A DNA stretch of 62,394 nt, filler included, from 5 parts of 5 records of this genome joined end to end with filler, not necessarily neighbours in it; one strand, 5' to 3'. Positions 1-12,579 are shown, counted from the first letter of the whole stretch. Numbers and translations are program-made. Notes: a model not told the origin generated them from the sequence alone.

Positions 1-149
1 CCTGGCAAGCAGGTCCCCGGCGAGGAGCGGCGGCGGGGGTACCCGTTGCGTTGAAATCTATCTCGGCAAGTTTCGAGCAGAGTATACTCGATGTGCCGGT
101 GAGCAGCTGATAAATAAAAAAGCAAATAGTATCAGTAGGCTTGCGAAGT

Positions 150-620
150 AGCGGTTCGCGTCTGCCGCCGCCGGCGCGGGCGCGTCCGCCCAGGCCATGC
201 ACATTCGGTCCCGCGGAGTCCGAGGGGCCGGCGCACGGCCCGGCCGCCTGGGCTCGCACCGTGGGGCCGGCTGGCGTGGCACTACCCGCCGGCACCCGGC
301 CGGCGCCGGCGCGGCGCCCGGCCGGGCAGCCCCGGCAGTGAGTCCGGCCGTGTTGACTGTCCCCGTCCGGCCCTCCTAACCGGCCCGGGCGCCCGCCGCG
401 GGGCCGGGTCCCGCCCGGCCGCAGGCCGGTGGCCGGAGTGCCGTGGGGCCGGGCCACTGACCGGCCGTGCCGGCCGGGCCCGCGCCTGGCCGGGGGCCCC
501 CAGCACGCCCCGGTGGCGCCGCGCCTGAACTGGCCCCGCTCCGGCCCGGGCGGGCGCGCGCCGGGCCCGGGCCCGCGGGCTCAGGGAGTGCCGCGCCACA
601 CGGACCGGCAAAACCCAGTG
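150..620. promoter_or_regulatory. Ultra-GC-rich island upstream of the cNMP gene
   Basis: About 90% GC by direct count (54/60 in 361-420). Dense GGCC/CCGG/GGGCCC words. The ORFs here are Pro/Gly/Arg/Ala junk. Confidence 0.6.
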
Positions 621-770
621 GCACAGGGCGTCATGGCCGGTGCCTGCTTCAATTGTGAAACAGCGAACGAATTGTGCAAGCTGAACTCTTAAGCCTACTT
701 GAAGTTCACCGTAGTCTTGATTTATTAAAACTCTCATAGTTTGTATGACTGTCATATTGGTGTTGCCCTG

Positions 771-3078
771 ATGGACCCCTACGAGGCCGACCAGGCCCCG
801 GAAGCTAAAGAAGAGATTCCAGAAGAGCAGAAGGGTGATACTGCTGGCCAACCCCCGCCGGCGCTTACAACTGATGGACTAGACACGGAGGCATCTGGGG
901 AAAATGTATCAAAGACACCCAACAAGAGTCCCAACTCCAGGGGGATGATCGCTGACGCAACAAGAAGGCTAATGCGAAGGCGGTCATCAGCTATAAAGAT
1001 GGTAACTGACCCCGACAAGGAGAAGACGGCCGCAAACGTCATCCTCTCCCTCCAAGGTGAACACCTTCCCTGTGCTTCCATTCCGCCGTTACTAAATTCC
1101 TTCATCGCTTTCAGAGGCTGTTAGTAAGCAGCGGCTGCAGAGAAGGGACACACTGTCTCAACTTGTAGACATCGATCCCCAGGCTACGTTTGGTGTCATG
1201 AAAGAAGAGGTTATGGAAAGACAGAAGTCGAGTAAGCCACTGGATTATTTGCCCCAGCATTTGTCTAACTGACAACTTTCCTCAGTGTCACGGGCTCGAT
1301 TTCGACTCGGAGTTCTTCGGCAGATCTACAAACACAAGCGACTGTCGATTAATCAAGTCGTCGCACTCGCCAAGGAAACATCCAAGGCACAGGGACTCAA
1401 AAATATGGAGGAGTTGTCTCGCTATCCTAATGGATACATGCGTGTCCGGAACTTCAGACGAATGGCAGAAGACGATCGCGAGGCCCTTGTCTTTGTGCTC
1501 AACAAGCCGTGGGTGGTCGTGTGTGAGCCTATCAACTTCAGTGCCTGAGTGGTGTGTGCAGGGCCATTCAAAGGCGTGACGATGAGTTGGAGCTTGTCAA
1601 GGAGTTTATGACGGGAATTCCCGTGTTTGACAATGCTAAACCTGATGTTTTAAAGGAATTGTGCCGGGTGCTAAGTTTTTCCCAGCTTCCCGACGGAGAA
1701 ATAGGTAGGGCAGGATCTGATCAGAAGTGTTTTCTCTTACACTTTCCTTCCAGTGATGAAAGAAAATGCTCCTTCGCCCTACTTTTGTGTCGTGCTAGAA
1801 GGGAGAATATCAGTTCGTGACCCCGAGAAACTAGTGAGATACGTTGAGGCCGGTCAGACACTAGGCGCGGGGTGTCTACTTCCGAAGGAGAATTTGCCGA
1901 GGTACGCTGGACCGGATTTGGACTTGCGCACTTCCATAACGCAAAAGCAGGACCACGTTCGCGCATGTCATCGCGCCCACGTCGGTGGTGTACATTGAGC
2001 GCGGGGATTGGGAGTACAGTACGAAAGAAGAAGATGATACCACGTCAATGGAAAAACTTGACATCATCCACAAGACGCACACGCTGTGTTATATTGACCC
2101 TTCGAAGCTGCGACTTTTGGTGATGTCAGCATTCTATCAAAGTTTTGACCGGGGAGAAGGTGAGTTATGAGTTCATTTCAATGGCGTGAGTGCCTGACCG
2201 GCCGGTGATGCAGTGGTTTACAAACAGGGTGATGAGGCAGACAACGTGTACATAGTGGTTAGTGGGCAAGTGAGAGTTCTGCGAGTCTACGAGTTTGAAG
2301 AAGAGGACTCTAGTGTTCTAGGAGTAGTCACGGTATTCACTTCAAACCATCAACATCCATCCACGCTGATCCTCATTTTCCAATACAGAGAATGAAAGTA
2401 CCTAAGCTCTTGGAGATTGCTGTTATTGGGCCTGGGGAGTACTTTGGGGAGAGATCTGTTCTTAACGAAACCACCAGACAGAGCAGCATAGTCACAGTGG
2501 GACAGGTGGAGACTCTCGTGTTGAGGAAAGTGGATTTCGTCTACGGTACGCATGATTCGAGCACATCAAAACCAGCAAGATAACATCCCTCGCAGCGTGC
2601 AAGGGAGCCACTTTGTCATTAATTGCAGAATATGCTAAAAAAACGTACCTATCTGACAAGGATATCCGCGCAAATCATCTGGCGAACAATCGCTGGGAGA
2701 GATTCAAGGTTTGTGAACTTTGGGAGGATTTGCCTACGATGTTTATTTACTTGCCTCCAGGAGAAGCAAGTACAAAAAGCTATTTTTACACCTGAACGGT
2801 CGTCTCAGGCGGTATCGGAGCGGTCCCTGAAGAAAGGTTTGTTACTCTACCATATTGGCGGCTTCCGCGAATTGACACTGGAAATAGGCTCGCGTGGATT
2901 CAACACATCATATGACATCACACATACAGGCTTGTTGTCCCGGACTCATCGTCTTGCAGCGGAACAGTTCGACAAAATCGAGCGATCGTCGAGTCGAACA
3001 GGCAGCAACTCAAAGGAGGCCCGCAAGAAGGCGCAAAAGGCCCAGAAAACTCGGGTACAGTATGGTTTTGTGAAGTAA
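771..3078 (+). CDS. Cyclic-nucleotide-binding (cNMP) domain protein, eukaryotic, 11 exons
   Basis: Exons join in frame across 10 GT-AG introns (1057-1114, 1232-1285, 1509-1561, 1705-1753, 1902-1950, 2160-2213, 2333-2388, 2546-2595, 2709-2760, 2837-2887; the last is in-frame). Two CNB-type motif sets: VMKENAPSPYFCVVLEGRISV...GQTLG and VYKQGDEADNVYIVVSGQVRV...GPGEYFGERSVL...RQSSIV. Confidence 0.85.
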
Positions 3079-3104
3079 ACTTGCTTGCAAGCGAGCCGAT
3101 TTGT

Positions 3105-5663
3105 TCAGCGTTTCTGGACGAGGATCAGTTTCTTGGCAGGCGTTGGGTTGAGCGTCTCTCGGAGAAAGGGCTCCAAGTCCTTCGGGATGTCAGGCATCGA
3201 GAATCCGACTGATGCTTCTCCGTCGGTGTCAATGCCCGGAGCTGGTAGTTCGGGGACAACCGTCGACTGAACTAATTTTCCCATCGAGTTGACGTAATCT
3301 CCAGCAGACTTCTTATCATACCGAAAAGGCGATCTCACACCGCGAGATGTCGGGGACTGAGGCGGAAAGACCAAGGGGCTGCTGGTTGAACTCCGGGCCA
3401 CGGAATCTCCGTCCCCAAGCGATGCTAAGAACACATCTAGTCCGTCTGGCCGAACATCAGCCCCAATATCATCACAGTAGAAAAGCTCAGGCTTGTAGCT
3501 CCCTTCGTCGTCCACCGGAGTAACATCACGGTGTGATGATTCCGCGGGGGACTTACTGCGGCGCATAGATACCTCTTCGACGTTGCGATCACCCGGCAGA
3601 TTTTGACCACTGGTTGTGCTTTTCCTGGGCACTGGGCTCGCCGACCGCTTCCTCCGCCAAAACTCTGTGCTCTTCCTGTCGGCAGACTGCTCTGTGCTGG
3701 ACGGGATGTCAATGCTAGAAGGATAAGAGAGAGAATTATAGATGACTCACCCAGTATTTCCCACATGCGTGTGCCTCCGGGCCGGTGACCTGGAGTGATG
3801 GCTTGGGGACTTGGCTCTTTCCTTGAGCGGAGTCGTGTCAAACGTTCCTAGAGTTTCTCCAATTAGCTCTCAAACCATTGTACTCCACGATACGCACCCA
3901 TGTCAAATCGATAGTCATCAAAACATTTCTCGCCGTCTGTGCCACGATGCTGCCTTCTCTTAGGAGAACGCCTCCTCCCGCGTGATGATCTTAAAGGGGA
4001 TGGCGTTGATGGCATTTCCATCCCTGGGGGGGTATTGTGTGACGGGGACGGGGTTCGCGACTTCTTTCTGTGGGCCCTTGTAGGTGAATCAACTCGTGTG
4101 CCCGCGGGCATCCTGACTTGAGCAACCTGAGGAAGTGCCGGTGAAGAAGGGTCAAAATACTGATATTCCGCTAAATTGTCATCAGGAAAGCGAACGCCAC
4201 GCTGCCTAGGGCTAATGGAGCCTCTCATCACGGCAACAGGGTTTGTACCGCTGGAAGGTGACTGGTCCACACCCATCCATATGTAGGGCCCCTCGGCACC
4301 CTCACCATCCTCATTATCCTCACTAGGTAAGGTTCCCCGCTGCCGACCAGGCGAGTACTTCTCCCAACCACTTGCCATACGCTTGTTCATGTCTCCTCGG
4401 CGGGATGGATGCCATGCCGCATACATTCCGCTGTTGTTCCCAGACCTGGTGTACACCACATAGGTATCCAGAAGCAGGAAGAGGAACAGACTCGCTGGTA
4501 TACAATCTCGATCATGATCCCATCGCTCATGTACCTTTGAGGTGAAGTCTTGGACGAACTCGTTCGAGAATTCGGTGCGATGACCACCCTCGGGTAGAAG
4601 CACACATCGGAACGCAGACTCCAAGCGGTGACTGTAGAGATAAAGATCTTGATTTGTGATTTTTTTATCGGCCGGGGAGCGGGACCTGTTGAGGAAGGGC
4701 GTTAGGTACAGTTTGATGAGGAAATCAAGGTGACATACGAGGTGGCAGATGCTTGATCAGACCGTAGCATCCTCAAGAAGGGATCCCGAGATCTTGTGTA
4801 AAACGATATCTCAGAGTCACTGAATACCCCCGAAAGAAACATCGCAAACAGCTCCACATCCGCATGGTCTTCACGGTAGTGCCGCACGGCGTTCATCATC
4901 TGAGGACGCTGTCAATGTTCTGAACTGACTTTCTACTGCCCGGACACCCACCTCTTCTGCTGCCTCCACTACCAGCCGCCCAAGCCCGAGGATATTCGAA
5001 AAGTACTCATACACAAACTTGGAAAACGTGCGTGTGCTGCTACCTCGACCAGCACTATTCCACGCATCGAATATTTTGAACACAGTCCGCACTGTCCATC
5101 CAAGAGTCCAGGGTCTCCGTCGCTGGGGCTGCACCTCAAACATCAATATCCGCCGAGCGTCGTCCTCAATTGGCACTCACAGTGGGCAGTTTGGCTGGTG
5201 GCGTGTTGGGCTTCATTCCCACCGACCTCGTCTTCGCTTTAGCAGATGCCACGACCGACGTCTTCCGCGGACTTGCGCTATTCTGGGGTGGAGTGTTCTC
5301 GCTGATTGGTTCTGTCCGCGAAGCGTTGGCACGACTTGTCTCCGCGACTTCATCCTGTTGTGCCTTCAGCTCCCGGAACCTCTGCACAAGAGCCGCCATG
5401 GATGAGGAGTCCTTCTTTGCACTATAAGCCTGGGCTGCGTCCACCAGGGACTGCAACAGTTCCTTCTGTGCCTCCGTGGCATGGAGGGTCCTCGAAGGCC
5501 GATCCTTTCCACTCTCGTCAGCAGCGTTTTCGGCATAGTGATTCTCAGCAAGCACGGAGAAGGGTCGACGTGAGTGCTCGGGGCTGAAGAGGGGACGGGG
5601 AGTCTTGTTTTCATCGTCGGAGCCTTCGGAGGGTGCTACGTACTTCTTGTAGCGCACGCTCAT
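3105..5663 (-). CDS. Multi-exon protein with a TSNAXIP1-like central domain and Ser/Pro/Arg-rich low-complexity regions
   Basis: Consecutive minus-strand ORFs (5166-5663, 4871-5176, 4702-4899, 3863-4624, 3437-3841, 3105-3632) are linked by GT-AG introns (e.g. GTGAGT near 5181, GTGGGT near 4951). The segment FSKFVYEYFSNILGLGRLVVEAAEE-MMNAVRHYREDHADVELFAMFLSG resembles TSNAXIP1-like protist proteins; this family call is weak. Confidence 0.6.
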
Positions 5664-6009
5664 ATTGGGCCCGGCCCGTTCCTTTGTCGTGACTCTGCTC
5701 CTCTGGCCACTGCTCTAAGTGTGGTAGACACGTGATCGCCATATATTTGACTATGAGCTCGCGCTACCTTAGTGGGGACGGATTCGTGAAAGAGACCCTT
5801 CGGTCGCTCGCTCCATTCAGGGTCTTTGCGGTTCGTCCTTGTGCCGCCTAACCGGCAGCGATTGTTGGTGTTGCCATTCTGTCCGCTCTGGTCAGTCTAG
5901 TGTGGGCTGGCGGTCTAACTGAACGCGTCGTCCGGCAGTCCGGCTACCCGACGGTCATAGGAAGGGGGCTTGAGCGTGCCGCTCACTGAACTCGCTCAGC
6001 GATCACGTA

Positions 6010-7140
6010 GCCTAGAACGACCGGGCTCTCTCGGCCGGCCAGTGGGGCGCGTGGGCCGCGCAGCCCGGCTCGGAGCAATCCGGGTCAGCGACCGGCCCGG
6101 ACCGGACGGCCCCGCCGCGCCGCGGCCCGGCCAGCCGGCGATGCCCGAGACCCCGCCCCGGTGCCGGGGGTCACGCCGCCGCTGAGGCTGGGCTGATTGG
6201 GTCCTGGCCGGCGCTGCGGCGTCCTGAGCACCCACTGGGTGGTCACCTAATGTAAGTAACGGCCGATCTCATGCTCACTCGCGCTTGGCGCTGTCTGACT
6301 GCATGGCGGGGCCGAGTCGGCCCAGCACCGCGGCCGGCGGGGTGATTACCGCCGGCGGGCTTAGATGGCGGTCCGTGCGGTCCTCGGCCGGGCATCGATC
6401 AATCAGCGACTACGACAATCAGTAATCAGCGTGGCCGACGACTGTCTCGAGGACGATCAGGGTACCAAAAAATCATAATGGCCTCCCCATCGGAGGATTC
6501 TTCAGCCAGCGGCGCGTCTGAGCCTCCCGGCGGCCGGCGGGTCGGCGCCCCGCGGCCACGCGTTTGCGCGCGCTTTCGCCTGGCCCGGTCCGGGCCGCTC
6601 CGGGGCTCGTCGCGGCCCAGCCCCGGAGCGGCCCGGACCGGCGCGCCCGGCCCCCAGTGCGCCCCCCCCGCCCCGGCAGCCCGGCCGCGCGACGCCCCGG
6701 GCCCGGCCTGGGCCGGATCCGCAGTCGGCTGTCGGCCGCCAAATGGCATGGCCAGAGCCCACCCGGCCGGCGGGCCCACCGGCCCGCGAGGGCGGCCGCG
6801 CCCCGGGCCGGCCGGGTGTGCGTGCCAGAGGGGCCCGCGGGCGCGCGGCCCGGCCTCGCCGGCCGTGGTCAGTTGTTGCGGGGCGCCGCGCGGGCGGGCT
6901 CTGTTGACGGTGTCGGGCGTGGTCATCATGGGCGGGGCCCGCGTGGCAGAGGTGCCGCTCACCCGGCCGTGCCTTGAGGGCCGCGGCTGGCCGGGCGCCG
7001 GGGCACCCAAAGGCGACGGCCCTCACTCCGGCACTAACAGTGGGGCTAACCGGCGGCAGCCTGCGGTCGTTGGCCACCGCTGTCGTCCGTGCCCGCTGCA
7101 AGCTTGTCGAGCGGCACGCTGCCCCAGGGCCACGAGCCCC
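6010..7140. promoter_or_regulatory. GC-rich divergent (bidirectional) intergenic island with a lower-GC core at ~6230-6510
   Basis: Lies between head-to-head starts 5663(-) and 7207(+). 53/60 GC in 6601-6660. TATA-like ATATAT at ~5741 and TATAAAT at ~7159. Confidence 0.6.
6444..6463 (+). repeat. Shared intergenic core motif GTCTCGAGGACGATCA-GGGT, copy 1
   Basis: First 16 bp are identical to 13107-13122. Confidence 0.75.
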
Positions 7141-7206
7141 AGTTTACGGAGATATGCGTATAAATAACATGTCCTCGACAAGCACCTTCGATGTTGGGCG
7201 GAATTC

Positions 7207-8666
7207 ATGAGGGCATCACTTCTTTTAGTAGTCACTGCCTTGGTGTGTGTCGGCCATACCGCATCCTCTAGTAGCCGTAATGGCATCAAGGGGTATGACC
7301 ACTTGTTCTGAATATTCATCTGGGCTGACTTGTCGATAGGTGGAACATCATGACCACGGACTGGGTTACCGGCACAGGGGTGGAAGATGCCCTCGCCATC
7401 GAGTGGGATTACTTCATGATACACTCCGAAACTTTCTCTGGAATCATTGGATATGTCCTGGTGGATCCCCGCCTCAAACTATGTCCAGTCACGCCGTGCG
7501 GCGCCAATGTTGCGTTTGCGGGGGCATTCCTCAAGTCTGGCAGCAAGCCACAGCAGTTCAAGGACGGGGAAACATTCCTCTCATTCACTGAGTTCGGGGC
7601 CAACTTCACTGCGTCGGGCACAGAGAAGTCCTACAAGGCCTGGGGCGTCAAGAACAACGAGGCGCGGAAGGCGGCGATAGAGTCTGGTGTCAACGCCAAT
7701 GGCACCCAGTTCCTACTATTGACAGGTGACGACTCTACGTACAAGTGGTCATTCAAAGTCACGGCGGACTGGACGAACCGGTTCCCCAAGTACAACTCCG
7801 TCGGTGCATTTGTGCCCACCACAGCCACCGACCTTGGCAAGCTCCCACTGATCCGCACGCTGGAGAAGTGGACGGTGGATATGGTATGGCCGCGCACCAA
7901 AGTCGTTGGCACGGTGACCAATCTCAAGACTGGCGAGAAGGTTCACGTGGATGGCCATGGATACCGCGAGAACAGCTGGGGCCACTTTGTGCTGACATTG
8001 GGAGGCTGGGACTTTGCTGTTTTCTCGTCCGACGAGTCCGGAGTGATGTTCGGTTGGCAGACGTATCATGAGTCACTGGAGCTGTCATTCCTCGATGTGT
8101 CTTTCTATGACAAGGGTAAGCTCAAGGTATCCACCTTCCGCGCGCCGGATGCGTTGCAATGGGAGCACGGCGACTGGATCTACCATGAGGAAGCCATGGC
8201 ATGTGTGCCCACCGACACAACAGTCCGTGCTGATGATGGTGAGTACAGGGTGGAGGCTCACTGGGAGTACCGTGAGCTCAACCAACTTGCGATGTTGTCG
8301 TCGATCTCGCCTATTAGCCATGCATATGTCATCATGGAGCACTTCCCTTACATGAAGGGAAGGATTGTGCGTTCCAAGACCGGCGAGGTGGTCACAAAAT
8401 TCGAAGGATGGATGGGCGGCGAGTACAGCATCATGCGCGAGCCCCGCCAGGACAAGTGTTCCACGGGCGTAGGCCGCCTCACCCACCGCATTCCCTCTGT
8501 TGCCATGGCCCTGCTGACGGCATACAAGTTTGACCATGCGGTCTCACTGCTCTCCAACACGTTTGCCCTCCAGTACTGTGCCGCCGTCCTTGCCATGGTG
8601 ACTGCGATCTGGCTCCTAGTTTCCTGTCGCAGCTGCAGCTCCCCCGGCAAGGTGAAAACCAACTAA
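7207..8666 (+). CDS. Secreted/membrane-anchored tocopherol-cyclase/AttH/CrtC-like beta-barrel protein, 2 exons
   Basis: Signal peptide MRASLLLVVTALVCVGHTA. One intron at 7293-7339. Motifs IEWDYFMIH and VDGHGYRENSWG...GGWDF resemble the GY(H/R)(D/E)xNWG motif of that superfamily. C-terminal hydrophobic helix. Confidence 0.7.
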
Positions 8667-8741
8667 GTAAATCACATGGCCATTTATTCCCATTTCTGCC
8701 TGATGATGTGCAAGGGGTGAATTGTGATTTCCCAATGGGTG

Positions 8742-11700
8742 TCATCGGAAACCGGTTGTTCGGGCCTTTTTGCCAGGGTTTGCAGACAGTTCTGGATTGT
8801 TGTAGTACTGATCAAAGAGGCCTGATCTTTGACCTGATGCGCCCAAATTTGGGGACCATGCTGCCCTTGATGTGGTCCTCCCGGCACTTCGTGAGCGAGC
8901 GGCACGGCCCGGGCTATTCCGCCTTTGTGATGAACGCAAAAATCTGTCTCTCTGCAAAGGATTCTGTTAGTGCGCCAATGGAGCCACGTATCCAACATAC
9001 CTCAACGGCTTGGTTGAAGTCATCCAGGGCCTTGGCAATCTCATTGTGATTGGACTCCACAACGAGATCCGATAACGTTCTCTTGATCTCATTCTCGATT
9101 TCAGTATCGTTGAGCGCATCCTTGGCATCCTGCTTGGTCATTCCTTCGAATCGTACAGATTGCCGCATGCTGCTACTGCCCGCGGTCGTGGCATTCCCTT
9201 CCTTGCGGACATTCTGTTTCTGTCGTGCGGGAGAGGGAACAGGGATTTGAGCGCCCCCCTGTGGCTGCGAGGACCACTCGTTCACTGGTGATACTACCCT
9301 GTCGATATTGTCGATCAGCTGACTGAGGAGCTTCCCGTTATCTCCAACAATATGGGACACACTCTGTCCCATTGCGTTGTTTGTATATTTGAGGAACCAT
9401 TTCCGTTGCATTTCCTCAAGTTCCTCCTGATGGTTCTTGCGATCTCGCTCCTTCTGCTCCACGTGCTCGTCAATCTCTTTCCGCAGTTCCTCGATCTTCC
9501 GTTCCATCTCCCTCTTCAACTCTTCCACTATCTGGAGGCGAGCCTTGGTTTGATCATGGTTTTGTCTTTCGGTAAATACAAGTGTCTCCACTTGATCATG
9601 TAGGGCCCTCTTATCGCTTTCGATGTGGTCAATCTCTTCCCGGTGTTTCTTTTCTTGCGAATGGATCGTGTTTTCAAGCTGAACACTGCGGGTGACCTCT
9701 TTCTCAAGCTGGTGCTCCATTCCCTTTCTCTGCTTCTTCTCTTTCTTTTTGCTCTTCTTCACCTCCACCAGTTCCTTCTCTATTTCAACTACCCGATCGG
9801 ACTTTTCCTTTATCTCGAGTCGAAGATTGCTGATTGTGTCTCGTGCACCCACAATCCGCTCGTTTGCAGCGTCGAGCAGTTTTTGCTCGTTTCGGAATTT
9901 CTCTTCCTTAACAGCATCAAATTTCTTCTTCATATCAGTCAATTCACCAACGGACTCTTCCAGCCTCTGCGACAGTTGTTCAACCTTGTCAGAGAGAGAA
10001 ATGTTGTCCGAGCTCGCTGCTGTGAGCGCCTCGCATGCCTTGGAATAGTCAAAGCGCAAGGCTTCTAGTTCCTCCTTTGTTGCATCAAGCCGCGATCCCA
10101 TGCTATGTTTCAAGTCCTCGTGCCGCCGCACGTCCTCCCGAGCAGATCGAAGATTCTCCTCAATCATGGCGTTGGCGGACTGGGCATTCTTCAGGCGCTC
10201 AGAACGAATTCGATGCTCCGTGCTCAGTCTGAGTACTTTCTCGAAAATTCCCCTTGACCTGTCAAGCCGCTTATTGCACACATCACCAAACCTTCGCTGC
10301 AGTGCTTCCATCTTCCTCTCATTATCACGAATACTACTAACCATCACGGCCACTAGTGCCCGGAGTTGTGCATTGTCCTGCTCCAATGCCCTGTTGGACG
10401 CATCAGCACTCTTGAGCTTCTGCTGGGCACCAAGGAGCATTTGTACGGAGAAATCATTATCTCCTGCTTGGTTTGATAGTGATGACCGCTGAGAGCCTGT
10501 GCGGTGACGCTTTTCCGGGCGCTCTTCTGGATATGCCCCAAAGCCCTCCGCAATGAATCTTTTCAGAGAATCTATTTCGCGCTTGGCGGACTCGATCTCT
10601 TCGTCCTTTCCATCTAGTCGGGCACACAGTAGCTCCTCGAGATGCTCTTTCTCCTGTCGTTCCCTGTGGGCCTCCCGCTGACCCTCCGCCTTTACTGTGT
10701 CGACCATCCTCTGATTCGTCTCCTTCTGTCTTTCCACCTCTTCCTGCGCCTTCTTTCCATCCTCCAGGGCTTTGTTCAGCTCCTCTACCATACTGTTATT
10801 GGTGGAATTATATGACTTGCTGATCTTATCAAGCTCGGTCTTGAGGTTGCTCTCAGCGCTTTGAACCTTGCCCTTCAGTTCGGATACCTCCCGTGTGAGT
10901 TCCGTGTTGATTGCAGCCAGTTCGCTACACCTCTGACTTTCTCTCTTGGCCGAGCCATTCTCGTCCTTTACCCTCTGGGAGAGCTCGGCCATCTGCTTAG
11001 ATACCTGTGATTTCTCCTCTTGTAATGATTCTACAACGGCTCTCAACCGTGCTATCTCCTTCTTGCGTCCATCGGTGGTACTTCCTGTGCGCTCTAGTTG
11101 TGCGATCAGCTGGGTATTCATTTTGTCAAGGTGATTGAGTTTGCTCGTTGCCTCGTCTACCCTCAGATTAGCCTGCACCAGCTCCTCCGCAAGCCTTTCC
11201 TTCTCTCTCGTGACTTCTCCCAGAGCCTGCTTCTTCTCACCGGAGCTCATGTGCTTTGTCATCTCCAACTCATGCTTGAGGCGCCCAATTTCCTCCCGCA
11301 GGGATGCGATCAATGAATCCTTCCGAGGATCCACCTGACTCGTCCCATGCTTCTCTATCTCCGACCGGCGCTTCTTTTCAGCGTCAAGTTCACGTAACAG
11401 ATGTGAGTAAGTTCTCTCCAGGGAATCCGTTTCAATAGCCTCTCCGCCAATGCCTCGGGTGCCAGTGTTGTCCGCCTGGTCCAGGGTCTTCTTGAGAGCA
11501 ACTATTTCTACGGAAAGCGCCTTCCGCAGGTCGTGGTTCTCATACTCCTTCTGAGCCACCATCTCCTGAAGATGATGCAACTGTCCCTCCGCATTGCTGG
11601 AAGCGGATTTAAAGTCCATGGAGTCTCTGCGCTCCTTGTCCAGTTTTGTCTCGAGGCTCCGCACACGTTCTGCCAGCTCCATCTTGCCCTTCGTCTCAGT

Positions 11701-12579
11701 GACAAGTTCTGCCTCCATCCGAGTCAGCTTCCCTCGCAGCTCGTCATTCTCAGTCCTGAGGGAATGATCGGTGGTGTGAAGAGTGTCCTCCAACTCTTCC
11801 TTGGCTATCTCGTAGTCGTCGAGGCGCCGGCGCATATTGCGGGCGTCATTGTCCATCTTTGCGAGTCTCTCCTTGGCCCTAACATTCTCAGCCATCACTT
11901 CGTCCATCTTAGACACACCATCCTTTAACTCTTTGTTCTGAGCCTCCAGTTCCTCTACCCGCCGGGATAGTTCCCTGTTACGTCCTTCAAGACTCCCGAT
12001 CTTCCTCGCAGTATCGCGGGCATCTCTCTCACCACTAAGGATTGAGCCTTCCCTCTCTCTCACGAGCTCCTTAGTGTAAGCGAGTTCTTGGGTTAGTTCT
12101 CGAATGCGCGCCTCGGAAGTCTGCCGGGCCTGGTCAAATCTTTCATACGCCGCGGATAGTTGTGCCTGCATTCGCATAAGTCTTTCCTCACCAGCTCCTG
12201 CGTTTGAAGCCGAAGACACCACACTCATGCGAGCAAAGCTGCCTTCCATGCCCAAGGACGTGCCCCGGGGCCTTCCATCCTCACCCTGAAAGGGCGACAG
12301 ATATGATCCGGCTCCCGGAGACTGGTGGGTCCTCGCAGGGGATGCATGATGAGCAGGCGAGCTTGCTTCAGCCCTCCATGTTTCGCTATGGTTGGACGAC
12401 ATACTGCCATGCCTCCCACTGCCTCCATAGGCAGACTCCCCACTGCCACTGCGCAGTCGTGTTGATTTCTTGTCGACTGGGGGGCTAGCCATGGGTTCCG
12501 CCAGGGCCGCCGCCGTTCTTGCGGTCAGCGAGCCCCTGCTGGACGTTCGGGCCATGCGACCATCCCCATATCCATCCAT
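8742..12579 (-). CDS. Large coiled-coil protein (~1260 aa; centrosomal/cytoskeletal-like), 2 exons
   Basis: ATG at 12579. E/K/R/L heptad-rich ORF. Intron 8952-9000 (GTATGT...ACTAAC...TTTGCAG) joins in frame to the last exon RDRFLRSS...TTGFR*. Confidence 0.8.

Noticed and set aside
58..851. Many overlapping Pro/Gly/Arg/Ala ORFs in GC islands (also 5970-7210, 12717-13460, 17798-18578)
   Set aside because: Stop-codon depletion at ~85-90% GC; composition is unlike the true exons.
6444..6525. Box C/D snoRNA reading of the shared motif (AGGACGA ... CTGA)
   Set aside because: Box C has two mismatches, there is no terminal stem, and I recognise no rRNA-complementary guide.
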